A stretch of 64,000 nucleotides of DNA from NCBI RefSeq assembly GCF_009834535.1, contig NC_045696.1:64978001-65042000 (forward strand), written 5' to 3'. The DNA is from Camelus ferus. Lineage: Eukaryota. Of the stretch, positions 1 to 13,654 are shown piece by piece. Position numbers and translations under genes: made by a program. Each line of letters opens with the position of its first letter. Position 1 is the stretch's first letter. The notes beneath the pieces were generated by a model that searched no databases, was not told the DNA's origin, and saw only the letters and a list, made by a program, of their open reading frames with translations.

Positions 1-274
1 CTGAAAACATCAGTCTCTCATGGGGTGCCTATATGTCATGTTCATCCATGAGTGTTCTGGTGTATGCCTGATGTCTTAGTGTAATTATTGAGAATACCTT
101 TTTGACCCTCATAAGAGTCTTGGATTAGGATTTAGGCAGTAATTACACAGTCACGTTACTCATGATCCCACGTGACTCAGTGGGTGATCTGAGGTGTCAA
201 TATATGTACCATATCTCACTAAATAATTTGAAAATTCCCTCTTCTGATTTTACTTCCCAAGACCAACTCTTAAT

Positions 275-752
275 GGCAGATTGGCTGTGAGCAAAAAAGA
301 CACTGTAACAATGGTTTAAAGGGATCGAAGATTTAAGTTTTCTCACATAACCAGAAGTGTGGAGCTAGACAGTTACTGGTGTTAGTTCATTGATTGGCTA
401 AACAACCCTTGGCTAAAGGGCCAAGCTCTCTTTCCCTCCTGGTGCAGGATGGCTTCTACATCCTCAGCTGACATGTATACTTTATGGGCAGTAAAAAGGG
501 GCACAGAGAAAGTAATTGTGCCTTTATCAGGGAAACGTGCTTTCCTAGAAGTGCCAACAATGTCCATAGCGATGTCCAGTGATGACCATAGAGCTGTGTC
601 ACGTGGTCACCCCTGGGTAGAAAATGTATAGGGAAGTGTCTCAATTTATTGAAAAATTTTGAGCTACATACATTTCCATATCCATTAAACACAGGGTTCT
701 GTTAATATGCTGGGAAATACGGATATTGGGTAGGCACCTGAAAACTGCCACG
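275..752 (-). mobile_element. Old ERVL-MaLR solo LTR (MLT1J/K/L-like)
   Basis: Diverged motifs typical of antisense MLT1 LTRs: 'ttttctcacataaccagaag', 'caggatggct', 'gtcacgtggtcaccc', 'cagggttctgtta', 'ggatattgggtaggca'. Subfamily uncertain. Confidence 0.65.
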
Positions 753-1329
753 TCTCTCCAGACTGGAAGTATAAATGTAGACAATGTAAGACTTTAGGAC
801 AAGAGAGAGTCAGAGAGACAGAGAGAAAGTGAACAGATTGAAAAATAGATAAGCATGTGTAGTTTCTTCATTAGGCTACATAAGATCTTTTGAATCACTA
901 TAAATATTGGTTGAACCATTTATGAACCTCTACTAGGAAGCTAAATAAGGAACTTCTAGATACTGAGAGGAAGAGGTCTTAACCTGTGATTCAGGTCCTA
1001 ATAGATTAGAACTCACTTGGGATTTGGAGACAGAAGATTTCTGCTTGTTGAGTTTTCATGATGGGTCGCTGGATATTTCCTCTGAAGTTTCTCTCTATAG
1101 TTAGAGCACAGATGAAGAAGCATCACTGCTTCACCGTCCATTCTCCTGTTTCACTGGATGGGTAAAAGTTCTCTCTGTAGGGAGCTGTGAGAAGTCGTGA
1201 GGAACTGAAAGCCACCATGCAGAGGGACATAGCATATTGACTTCGTCAGGGTGTATTTGTCTCTGGTTTCAATATGCCTATTTCTGAAACTCCAGGGATC
1301 AGCAACTTTCCCATGCTCCCATGTAACCA

Positions 1330-1665
1330 ATAATTTATTACCTATTTACTTAGATTTGATAATCTGGCACACATTGTCTTAGGCACTGGAAATAAAATGA
1401 AAAGCCCTTCCACAGCAGTGGGAGAGCAAGACAACATGTAATCAAATAATTATGGAAATTTACTACTTAGGATTGACTTTATAAAAGAGAAATCGATTTC
1501 AGTAATAGGGAATAATAGAGGAAACTGATTTTGAGAGGACTGCCATGAAAACTTCTTTAAGGATGTGATAGTCAAGCTAAAACCTAAAGGATGACAAAAA
1601 AGGAGAATTATGCACCAGCCCTGAGGAATAGTGATGTCATCAGAGGGAAAAATAAGTGCAAAACA
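1330..1665 (-). mobile_element. L2 LINE remnant
   Basis: Antisense L2 3' pattern (ggcacac..ttaggcactgga..., aagctaaaacctaaaggatga, cagagggaa..aagtgcaaa); highly diverged. Confidence 0.5.
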
Positions 1666-2840
1666 TTCATAAGACTAAAATGTTTGTAAACCTTATTATT
1701 TCTCATCCCTTCTATCATAATTCTTGGACCTGAAGCGCTAATTCGAATACCTATTCATTTTCACGTGTTCAACTATTCAGTTTCAAATATTTTTACTTAC
1801 CATGTGCTGAGTACTGTTTTGGGTGATCCAGTCATGGGAGAAGGAAAGGACATATACTATGCTTTCACACCATAATAAAAGAATGAAATTATTCAGGGTT
1901 ATAAAAGAAGGAAGCAGGGTTAAACGTAATGTATTTTCTCTCTTGGCACATTATTTTTCATTTTTAAATTTATACTAAATCTCATCATGAATTTCTTTCT
2001 ATGATTTATATTACCCTTGTATTTTGTCTCTTTTTACATTAAATCCAGGAATAAGTTGTATGTTTTTAAAAAAATTTCATATGCTATTTAATGAATGCTT
2101 TCTTTATTATTAATATTCCCAAAGAATTTCCAGGAATTTTCTCAGTTACTTCAATGAAAAGACTTCATTGACATTATCTTAAAACCTTGAAATCTGCTTA
2201 GTAGCATATTGCTAAAATATACATATAGTTTAAAAGCTCCACACCACATATAAAAAAGTAACTTAAAATGGATCATAGACTTAAGTGTAAGAGTTAAAAC
2301 TGTGAAACTCTTAGAAGAAAGCATAGGCTAAATCTTTATGACCTTAAATTAAACAGAACTTTCATAGATGTCACCAAAGCAACAAAAGAAAAAATTTCAT
2401 CAAAATTAAAACATTTGTGCTTGCAAGGACACAATCAAGAAATTGAAAAGGACAGCCCAGAGGAGGGGAGAAAAGTTAGCAAGTTATTTATCTGATAAGG
2501 AATGTGTATCTAGGATATATAAATAACTCTTACAACTGAAAATAAAAGGATAGGTTAAAAGTGTGCAAGGTTTGAATAGACATATTTCCAAAGAAGATAG
2601 ACAAATAGTTAATAGCTACATGAAAAGATGTTCAACACCATTAGCCATCAAGGAAATGCAAATCAAAACCCACGAGGACTCAGCACTTCACACCCATCAG
2701 AATGGGTCTATTAGAAAAAACAAATAATAGCAAGTGTAGGTGATGATATGGAGACATTGGAACCCTTATGTGTTGCTAGTGGGAATGTGAAATGCTACAG
2801 CCACTTTGGAAGATAGTCTGGCAGTTCCTCAAAAGGTTAA

Positions 2841-2849
2841 GAATCTGAA

Positions 2850-2900
<51 letters not shown>

Positions 2901-2974
2901 ACTGAATCGCTATGCTGTTCACATGAAACTAACATTGTAAATCAACTACACTTCAGTAAAAAATAATTTAAAAT
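2841..2974 (+). mobile_element. Short younger L1 3' tail nested in the old L1
   Basis: 'gaatctgaaa...taactgaatcgctatgctgt..cattgtaaatcaactacacttc' plus A-rich tail; flanked by direct repeat aaaggttaa (2832-2840 and 2975-2983). Confidence 0.85.
2851..2900. repeat. (TATGTA)n microsatellite, about 8 units
   Basis: Read directly from the sequence. Confidence 0.95.
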
Positions 2975-4944
2975 AAAGGTTAAAGATTGGGTTACCGTAT
3001 GACCCAGCAATTTCACTGCTAGGTATATACAAAGAAAAATAAAAACATATGGGCACACAAGAACTTTTTGTGCATTAATATTGATAGCAGCATTATTCAT
3101 AATAGCCAAGTAGAAACAAACCAAATGTCCATCAACTGATAATGGATAAAGTGTGGTATATTTATTTAATAGAATATTATTTAGCAGTGAAAAGAGTGCT
3201 GATACATGCTACAGCATGGATGAGCCGTGAAAGCAGTATGGTAAAGGAAAGAAACCAGTCACAGAAGACAATGTATTATATAACTCCATTTAAATGAAAT
3301 GCCCAGACTAGACAACTCTGTAGAGACAAGGAGCTTATTAAAGATTGTGTTGTGCTGAATGGGAATAAGTCACTGCTGAAGGATGTGAGTTTGCTTTCTG
3401 GGTTATGAAAATGTTCTGTAATTGATTGTGGTGGTTGTACAACATTGTAACTATGTGAATATACTAAAAACTACCGAAATGTACACTTTGAATGGGTGAA
3501 CTGTATGGTATATGAATTATATCTCAATAGTGCTGTTATTAAAAAGCTAATTCTCTTTAAAATATCAATCTAATCCTGAATTTAATAGAGATTAAAAAGT
3601 AAATAAGATCATTTTTTGCTTAATTGATTCAATGCGCGTTAATTGAATTGTAATTTTTGTTTGTTTAAAGTAACACAAAGGTGTGAACTTCCTCACAATT
3701 GGAGGGGTGTGACAAAACTTTAACACCCTGGTGTTGGAGCAAAAAGTGGAAGGCGTGAAAGCAGAGTGGAATTTATGTTTTCAGTGTGATGTGCTCTGTC
3801 CTACAACTGTAAACACCATTGATTTTTGACCACAGAATACTTGCTATGAGAGAAGAGTTTTTATAATAAGATTAATATTTGTTGGAACTGGTGGCATTTG
3901 AATTTACTTACTGAGCTTGGACTTTTAAATTATCACTGTCAGTGCTTTAAAAATTTATACATATCTATTAATGAGGTGGTACATTTGGACAGGTATGTGT
4001 GTAAATCACAGAATATATTTTTCTTTCTCTCCTTGACTCAAATTAAAAATGTTTTGTGAAGAATTCTTGAATATTTTGTACCCAGAGTTGCATCTTGGGA
4101 CTATTTAAAGGAAAAAGGTATAGAAATATATGTATCTATTTGGTAATGCGCATTTTAGTGCCTTGCCGCCGAACATACTATTTCCTAATACATATTTGGA
4201 AATTTCAAAGTACAGTGCAGTTTTAACTATGAATATTTTAAACAGGCTTTAACTGAAGTTTGAAACCCGTGGGCATACTTAGATTAATATATATAAAGAT
4301 AGACTTTTGTAATTAAATATTTATTTTTAATTTATGCATATTAGGATAGAATCACTTGAAGATCATCTTTAAGAAACCAGAATAGCATACAGTTGAGAGG
4401 CAACACATATCTTCTGTTCTGTTTAGCTTGTTTCACCTTCTACATCGTTAGACATAATAAGCACATCTCAAGTCATGATAGAAGCCTATTTTGTGAAGCG
4501 TGGCTATTAATCTAGCTTTTATCTCATGGCGTTGTCACAATTACTTTACCATCACTCTTTTGTGTTCATTATAGCATTCATTATGTCTGTTTTCAAGGCC
4601 AATGGCTAGGTCAATCAATATTACTTTCACTCAGTGAATTGGATGAGGTTTTATTCTCAAAAGGTTTGCTATTTTAAATATCCTATATCTAGTTAGCCTT
4701 GTATAGTTTAATTCAGGCCATCTCTTTAAAAAAAAAAAAGGAAAGGAAAAATAGAAATGCTCTAAAAAAAATACTGAGATGCACAGAGTTTTAAATGAGT
4801 TGAAAACTTTCAATATAATTTAGTCTAAAATGACATTTGGGTATTGTCTCTGATGCCATTCAGTCTCTGACGGAACATCTCATGTCTGTAGGGACTTACC
4901 ACCCCAAAGACTTCTCATGCTTTGGTCCAGCAGTCTGGCTTGGT

Positions 4945-5110
4945 GTAAACAGTAGTTTGGAGTCAGTCATACCTGGGTTGACATTTCATTCTTGCTGCTG
5001 GTTGAGTTTAAGTGATTTACTACATATCTCTGAGTTCCTCTTTATTATTTTTAAAATCTGGTGCATTATATCTACTTTGTAAGTTTGTTAGAGAAATTTA
5101 AAAGATAAAC
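4945..5110 (+). mobile_element. MIR SINE remnant
   Basis: 'ttggagtcag..acctgggtt', core-like 'tctctgag..ctc..taaaat..atatctactttgtaag'. Confidence 0.6.
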
Positions 5111-5419
5111 TAATAGGTAATACACTCAGATCAATAAGGAACACCCATTAAATGTAGTGTTTTCTTTCTAACCCCTATAGATGTCAAAACACTTGGTAAG
5201 ATCCAAGACATATCTTAGAAAGTATGTATATTTTGCATCTGAAAAAATTTATTTATCTGTTTTGATTATAGTGGAAATACAGTGGTGCTTTTACTTAGGT
5301 TCATTCTCCCTCTTAACTTCCTTCAGTATCTCTGTTCTCTGCTCTCCCCTTTTCCTCCAAATCTCCACTCCTGCAAACTCTGAAAGCTTTCCTTATGTTC
5401 CTTCCACTATTTTGTATTT

Positions 5420-5920
5420 CATCACTTTAAAGGTAAACTAGCCACTTGCTGCCTCCAAAACCTTCAATGAATTAAAGTAACTCATACTATAAAATTCAAA
5501 CTTCTTTGACTGGCCTTCAAACCCTTTAGCACTTTGACCCCAACATAACTCCAATTTCATCTACATTTTCATTTCCCTTTGTGACATGTTTTCCTTTCCT
5601 TTTTCCTTCTTTATATTTTCTTCTGGAGTCATTTCATGTATCTCACCTTCCATGCGCTCAGTTCTAATGCCCTTTTCTGCCATCTTTGCTTGTCAATATC
5701 TCATTCCTTCTGATCCGTATGCTTTCAGCATGAAATCTTCCCTATTGAAAGTAAAGAAATCAAAACTACCTTGCCTTATCCTTCATAGCATTTCACTTGT
5801 GCCTTTCTCATAGCTCTTTGTTCTGCCTCTGGTTCAGTTTGTAATTTTGTCTCCAGAACTAAATTGTCAGCATCTTGAAGGCAAAGCTTGGGTCTGAATC
5901 ATCCTTGAATTTCCGTCTAC
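5420..5920 (+). mobile_element. L2 LINE remnant
   Basis: 'aaaccttcaatg', 'ataaaattcaaacttctt..tggccttcaa', 'actaaattgtcagcatcttgaaggcaaag' resemble the L2 3' region. Confidence 0.55.
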
Positions 5921-8900
5921 GAGTTTCCTGCATACCTTCCCACCACATCACCCACCCAGCCATAACTCCAACAGAGGTGATGTCTATTACCACAGTTGCT
6001 TCAGCTGCCAGTGCTCTTCAGACACATGGGAAAGCTTTGTGGCCTGACCCTAGCCACTCGTGAAACAACATCAGATTGAATGTTTGGGGTTTAATCTTAA
6101 TGAGAGTGACACAAACTGTGGTCTATTTGTTTTTTCCCTTTGTGGTCTAAATCACGGAGGCAAGCTTTCTTTCCATTAGCAGCTATATTGTGGACTTTAT
6201 TTTGTTTTTATTTCTTTGCCCTTTGCACATTGTTTTTTTAAACAGTCTTTTTGATGTATTTATGATTTATACCTTTGCTTTAAAACTCTATTCAGAAACA
6301 GAGTTATTTCTGTTCTATGATAAATTGAGGGTGATTGCAAAAAGCAAAGCAGTACTTTTGTAAATGGAATATAATATTGACATTGAATTTTATGGATTAC
6401 AAGGTGTGTTTGCACCCAGTATTTCATTTGATATTTACCCGTGCGAAGCAGGTAAAGGCAAATAATATTGTGCTTATTTTACGGATTAGGAAGTGGCTGC
6501 TGTGGGGGCTTTGAGGGGTTTACCTACTGTCACAAGCTGACTTTGAACTAATGCTCCAAGCTCATTCTAACACACTTTCCATAACACAATGCTGGGATAT
6601 TTAAGTTCATTGAATTTGATTTCTTGAAGTGATTTACCTGTAGTTTACCTGGTGCTCCATCAACCAAAATAGATTACTGAAGGTTTAGTATTTAAAAAGC
6701 CTTGTTTAGTTTGAGCCTTCCTTTCATAATTTAAGTTGTCTATTTGGCCCATTAGATCTGTCAGTGTCACTTATCCTCAAACTTGGTTTAACATCATATT
6801 ACTTTTGTGTACTCGGGTGACATGTAAGGTAACAGGTGATTGAGGCAGTTGCAAATTGGTTTCTGGATATTTTTCCTCAGAGTTTAGTTGTATGCCTTTC
6901 TAATGCCTGATTTTTAGTATATATATGGTCAGGGTGTGTTTTTTATTCTTGAAAATTTTTAATAGTATCTGCTAATTTTATTATCCCAGTAGTAATCTGG
7001 CATTATTATAATGAGAAAATACAGGTGTGGAGTATGGAGTCTTAGATTATTGTAATGAGGATACCTTCCTTAAGATCTTTTAACTGTAGTTTTTGGTTCT
7101 CATTCTCAAATCTGTGTTTACAAACAGGCTATGTTTTTGGTGTTTTATTATTTACAAAATGAAGAGACAAAGGCAGAGTCCTCCTCACTAAGATGCATTG
7201 TGTGAGGATGCAGAATGGAGTTGTATAGCCCTGAAGTGGTGTTAAGTGAAAAATGCAGAGGAAAGTAATTGGCCACATTCCAAACTCTTTGGAGAGACTG
7301 ATCCAGGAGTCCAAAATGGAAAATGAAGTTTCCAAAAAAACTCTCCCCAAAGAGGCATGATTCATCTCGCAGGGCAGTGAATGTAACTCTTTGAGCACTG
7401 TTACTTATTTGGCTAGTTCACTGGCATCCAAGTGTACCTAACTCTGCAAATCAGCTTCTCAAAAGCTCTTAGAGCCCGTCTCAAATGCTTCCCCTGACAA
7501 TCAGCTGTTTGTTGTTGTTGTATTTTAATTTCCTTTGTAGTACTGAGAGATCTTCCAAATCTACCAGTTCTGTCTCTGCTATCTAGCACTGTGCCCACTC
7601 TGGCTTTATTTTTATGGACTCTCAGTTAATAAGAGTGATCACGGAGGTCAATTAGACTGAATAGGTGGGTCCTTTTCTAATATGCACAAAAATTAAAACC
7701 CAATTATGCTGAAACATTTCTAAGAGTGAGGGCTTTATTGCCTGAATCATACACTGGAGATGACTGTTAGGATTATATTCTCTTTATTGTGCCATTTTTG
7801 GTCCTAGTTCTGCAATCTGGAGTCACAGAGGATGTGTGTTAATTGCTTAGCAGTGCTTGGCACATGGTTAGTGTTCGGAAGCTGTTGACTGTTGTGAAGA
7901 TCAAATGAATTTTTCTACCTCTGTGTCCATTTTATCTCCATCTCAGTCGTCCATAGCTCTCTCTCTGTCTCTCTATCATCTATTTATTTATTTTCCATTA
8001 GTCAGGATGATGACTGACACCCAGTAAGGACTTTAAAAGTGTTTACAAAAATTATGACTTCTTTCTCACATGGTTTTCAACTATTTGTTGAACACAAATA
8101 CTGTAGGAAGTGATCATGCTTTTTCTGGAGAATATTAACCAGGTCCGGTTCTTTCCCAAGAAAGTTAATAAATAGTATTTAATAAGTTAACAAAAAATAG
8201 AATCATTAAATTTTCTAAATTGAAAGAAACCTGTAAACATTTGGTTCAGTTCCTCCTTTTCTTTTCAGATTAGAAAATAGAAATTTGGACCTGGACTTTT
8301 CTCATCCCTTTATCATCCAGAGCTCGCTTTTTATTTGTACATCTCTCCTAAAATGTGATATTACTATCTGTGCAAGTATTTTATTATTTTATTAATTTCT
8401 GCCCTGGTTTAGCCCTCGCTGAATACTAGCTGACACTCCGGGGCCAGCATGAAACCATTCATGGTAGTATGGATTGGTCAGCAGTACAGGGCTGGGGGAA
8501 TTAAAATTCATTCACTTGCCTCTTAGAAATATATGTTTAAGAAATTCTTTGATACTGCTTTAGTTTAAACCAGTGATTTTTTCCCCTGAAGATAACAGTT
8601 TTATTATTATTCTGGTGGTCTTCAACCCTGGCTTACCTGATTTTCTGATACACAAAAAGCCTACAGAAATGTATTTTTTTCATTGACTTCATACTTTGGT
8701 CTTTATTATGTTTCAGTGAGTGGCTTGAATTAGACCTGTAATAAGCTGAATCCATGCTAAGTACAGCTGTAATGTCATGGACCCAAGATGGTGTTGCTGG
8801 CAGAGTTCTCATTATAAGTGCTTTTACTTCCATTTGGTAGTCGTTTCTGTAAGTCCCAAGGAAATCTCCTGCTATGGAAGGTCTTGCTGTAATGACGTTG

Positions 8901-10124
8901 TTCCTTTAGGCCCTTATTAGAGGTGCACTTTGCTAATTCTCTTCCCCCGTGCCGGCCCCAACCTTCTTTCAGCAGAGGTTGCTTTGCTTCCCATCCCATT
9001 CCATTCCAAACCAGTCCCTACTTTGTATTCTCACCTGCACCACTTATCACCAAAGCCTTCTGATAGCACAGTCGATGTCTAATTATTCCTCCATTTATCC
9101 ATCAAAGGCCCTTTTCTAACATGTCTCATTTTCTGCTTACATGGAGGATATTTCCTTGGCCAGATTTTTGGTAGTCAACATGACGCCTCTCAGAAAAATA
9201 TGCCTTTTCTCCATCATTGGAGAATCAGAATTTCCAACTCTTCTCAGCTGAGGGTTGAGGCATATTTCTATATAAACCTGCTGGAGGTTGTGGAAATCAG
9301 TAGGTTAATAAGGCTTCTATAACAGTTCAATTTGTGCAGGAGTTTTCAACTGATTTTTCTTCTACCATGTGATAGGCATCATATAAATGAAAACATTCAT
9401 CCAGAAAATGTTTCTGACTGTGTATTTTTGTGTGCATTGTTTTTATTTACATTCAAGCAATGTTCATGTTCGTAGTGTGATTGGATCCACATGAAAACCC
9501 CGGAGAGATTGATCAGACTAGTATAATTATTACTATAGTAGAAATATGGAAAATTACCCAAAGGTGATAAGGGGCATTAATACCAGTGTCTGATCTAAGA
9601 TTTTCCTATTTCATACCTAAGCCTCCTTTCCTTTCCTTATTTGAAAAATGAATATTCTATTGCTTACAGTAGTTAAGGATTCCTATTTAAGAATTTTTAC
9701 TTATTTGTTTATTTTCCACTTGAGACCAGAATATTGGTTGTGATGTGTGTCTGGGAGGGTGAAGGCTGTATTTTGGAGATGTCTGAACAGGGAATAGAGA
9801 GTTTGACTGGGAGGTGGAGTGAGAGGCAGGCAGAGAAAGGGCAGCTCAACCTGTATTTCAGGGAAAGAAAGGAAAAAACAAACAGAAGAATCATATCTCT
9901 GTTTAAAATTTCTTTTCAGTTTAGTCTTTTAAGTTCATATGAGAATTGTCTGTTAAACATCCATTTTTCTTTGGTACCTTGTAGTGGTGCCTACCATCCT
10001 AAACATCCAGAGATGGTATATACGAGTGGCAGTAGGACACAGTGTTAGACTCTGTGTGCAGAATTAGCCAAGGGTTTTATTTAAAGTAGTTGACCGTCTT
10101 TGAGACAGCTGCCTATGTGTTTAT

Positions 10125-10275
10125 ATTCTTCTTATTCTCTTTCTTTTCTTCTTCTTATTTTTCTTCCATTTCCATCCTTCTGTCCTTCCTCCTCTGCTTC
10201 CATCCTTCCTTCCTTTTTTCTGTTTACCTCTCTTGTTTTTCCTTTGTCCTTCCAACTCTTTCTTTCTTTCTTTTG
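10125..10275. repeat. Low-complexity polypyrimidine (CT-rich) tract
   Basis: About 150 bp almost entirely C/T on the + strand. Confidence 0.85.
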
Positions 10276-11052
10276 GTATAATCTTTATTTAATAGACATT
10301 CATTAAATATGTGCTATATGCAAAGTGAGCTAGAAGCTCTGCATGCCTATAATACAAAGAAGGATATCAAAATTACGCTCTCAAAAGAAGCTTATAGCCT
10401 AGCAGAGCAGGTAGGCAGTACTAAAATCAAGAAATCCGTTTAGAACCTGCCCAAGTTCTGGGTATAGAATAAACAATATCTCAGGTGTTCGAAGTGGGAT
10501 CCTGGGGTTATGGCATGGAGAGGATATTTTAAAATCTTGGCTTGGAAATGGAGTTCAAATTGGTAAGTCCTAGTGATCTACCCTCAGGAAAATACTGGCC
10601 ATTGTGACCTGTTCTAAACTATGTTAAAGATTCTGTTGTCATATCACATAAAGTATGGCCTCTGTGATAATATATATCACATCTTCTTAATACTAAAAGT
10701 TACTATGTACAAATGGAGTTGAGTGTGAAATGAGAAATTGACTACTCTAGGTCCCTTAATTAAAATCTCTTGTCCCCTCCCTTCTATGCAGGAGAGCAAA
10801 TTAGTAGTAAGATTTTAAAAAGCTATTCTGTTTAGTAAGACCCATGAGGAACTGTGTGCTTGCCAGGGCTGTTTACTCAAACGTGCAAAGACTAGCCCAT
10901 ATTGATATGAGTGGAGAGAGAGAGTAGTAATTTCAGGGACTAGTAGAGAGGTGACATGGGGAGGGGACAAGTGAAGGTGAAGTTAGTGCTTAATGCCCAA
11001 CAGGAAATGCAGAAAGCTTGCGGATAACCGCTTGCATGCCCAGCTGTGTCAA

Positions 11053-11254
11053 AAAGGTTAACCGCTATATATAAAAATAGATAAAAAACAGATTTCTTCT
11101 GTATAGCACAGGAAACTATATTCAATATCTCATAATAATCTTTAATGAAAAAGAATATGAAAATGATTATATATGTATATGCATGACTGGGACATTATGC
11201 TGTATACCAGAAATTGACACGTTATAACTGACCATACTTAAGTTAAAAAAAAAA
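11053..11254 (+). mobile_element. Younger L1 3'UTR tail, about 200 bp
   Basis: 'tgtatagcacaggaaactatattcaatatc...gaaaaagaatatgaaaa...ttatgctgtataccagaaattgacac' followed by an A tail. No clear TSD. Confidence 0.9.
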
Positions 11255-11619
11255 TAGCTATGGAGGGTTTATACTGTGCAAGACCCCTTGGTTATGTGTG
11301 TTTTGGTTCGACAGCCCGTTGCTTCGGGCCATTGAGTAGGAATGATAGCTCTATCCAACTTAACAACCCCTCAAGTATTAAATGTTGGAATGAAAATGGT
11401 GATAATAATTATGTTAGTTACATTTCTGAATGTTTACTACGTGTTTGAGCACTGTAAATGCATTCATTCAATCTTCACGTCGACTCCCTAAATTATGTCC
11501 TAGCGTTATATTCCTTGGATTGATGAGGAAATAAAGATGATTTACCCAAGATGACCCATATGGAAGATGAAGCTGTTAACTATATTAAATACTGAGTCTC
11601 TAATAATAAGAAAATGTCA

Positions 11620-11850
11620 CAGTATTTATTTATGTGTGGTGCTTAGTGACTTCAAAAGGCTTTGACATCCACTGTTATTCACACAACCCGTGAGATATAT
11701 TAAGTCAGGTTGTTTATCCCTTTTTAAGAGACAAAGCATTAAGACCCAGAGCATCTATCAAACCTAAGAACACGTGGATAGTAAGTGATTAGAATGACAT
11801 TTCGCTTCAGGTCTGTTTATTCCAAAATGTAAGCAGAGTTCACTGGACTC
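11620..11850 (-). mobile_element. MIR SINE remnant
   Basis: 'cacaacccgtgagat...ttatcccttttt..gacaaagcattaagacccaga' antisense MIR core. Confidence 0.55.
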
Positions 11851-13654
11851 TGATGTCTGTTCATAATTTAAAGCCAATAGATGCGTCTCACTTTAGGCAA
11901 ATTTCCAATCAGATTGGCTACAATCTAATAGATTCTCGTGCTTGGGAATGTACATTTTAGTCTCTTAGTAATTATCTTATGCATTGTACAATCTTCACTG
12001 GAGTTGCCAGATAAATGAGATGTCACTGCACTGAACAGCAAGGATCATTGCTGCTGGCTTTCGATTGGTTTCATCTGTTGCTAGGAGGAGTTGCCATCTC
12101 TCAGCAGCTGCCAGCCAGGCAGGCATTTCTGGTGGAGCCGAGCCCAGGTTGACAGTAGCTCGAAAAGGAACGTGTCCTAACCTGGCAAGGACATCCTTCA
12201 AGTCAGTGTTTTTGTCAACGAGGCTGACAGAATCCCCGATTTTGATGCATTTCATTGCTTTTTATGAGGTTCATTTTTGTCCTTTCTTTGCTTTGCTTTG
12301 CTTAAATTTGTTTAGTTGCTGACAGACCATATTCATGCAGTTTACAAAAGAATAAATAAATTCCAATTAACATCTGAAACGCAGAAGAACTTGGTTTCCA
12401 GCTTTAGTGGGAGAGTGATATTGTGTGTGATTAAAAGAAGTAAGAGCCATTTCTTCTAAAGAAGGGTATGCATCATTTTCCTGGCAATTACAAAAGGGAG
12501 TTTAAAACGTTCCCTTTAGGAGTTTGATGAAAGGATGAGAATTGTTCAATTTGGATGGCTTCCCCTGTTTAAAATCCTGTTTATCTGGAAGGTGACTGAA
12601 ATAGATGCTGGGGAAGGAGCAGCATTTTGTGTATTCTTCCCCTGCTTGCCTTTACGTACTGTGAGCTGTCTGCCTGGAAGGTTCTACGCTCTGCTTAATT
12701 AACTCTTCTTCACTCCTCACCATCAGGCTCAAATGCAAGACATGTGGCTGAACTTTCCACGTGCACCTCTATCACCACCACTTCTTTGTGTCCTCAAAAT
12801 GCTTCATTTATATTCCTATTTGGGGACTTTGATACCAAACTATCTTTATGGTCACTGTTTTCTGCTTGGCCATTTTCATTACTTAGCTGTTATATGTCCA
12901 AAGGTTCAAGGACCACATTTTATGCACTTTTGAATTCTTAGCACCTAGGACTGTGCCTGCACCTAGCAGGCATCCCTCCCTAACTCCCCAACATCCGCCC
13001 CAAGGTGTTCAGTAAATTAGCAAGTGCACACTATGATGCATCATTGTCCTCAATCTTCTAACAGCTCAATTCAGGAATCTCAAAAGACAGGCTTATGAGG
13101 ACTAAAATCATATTTATATCTCTGACCCCAGAAATATATTAACTGCCTCCAATCATACCCACGCATGGAGGGATTTGAGCATTCTCTCATTGCAGAGTCT
13201 GGGCAACGGAGCTCAGTCTATTTACACTGGAAGGGATGTCAGAGAGTCCGTTGGCCCGCCTGCTCTTTGACAGATGTGGAAAAGAAAGCCTGCAGGGGAG
13301 ATGCCATCTGCCCAAGGCTGCCACCCAGAAGGCTGGTGGCCGAGCTGTGCTTCGTACCTCGTGAGCATTCTGTTAGGTTGTTTCTCTCTCTCATGCCGTT
13401 GCTCTGCAAAGCAAGTGTGTGCTTTCCCGACCTTTGTATTTCCTGTAGCACTTCCAGGGTTGTCCATTTTGGATTCTCAGTAAATATTGAAATGAAATAG
13501 GGCTCCTCTTACTCGCTGCACCACCTTCCCACATTGTCTTTATTACAAAGAGCATTGAAGAGAAGAGATAGTTCTGCTTTAAAGACCATATAACAGAAGA
13601 GTTTGATTAGCCTCCACTAAGAGATCAGAAGTAAACTTTTGCCTCTTTATCTTT

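Larger units (their letters stand above)
2237..3545 (+). mobile_element. Old L1 (L1MB-like): ORF2 3' part plus 3'UTR, interrupted by a younger L1 tail
   Basis: L1 ORF2 hallmarks 'aaatggatcatagac', 'atgaaaagatgttcaaca', 'gaaatgcaaatcaaaac', 'acagccactttgga', 'gacccagcaatt', 'aaatgtccatcaactga'. L1MB-type end 'tatatgaattatatctcaata...aaaaa'. No intact ORF. Confidence 0.9.

Noticed and set aside
10090..10306. Hydrophobic F/S/L-rich ORFs resembling membrane peptides
   Set aside because: Translation artefacts of a CT-rich low-complexity tract.
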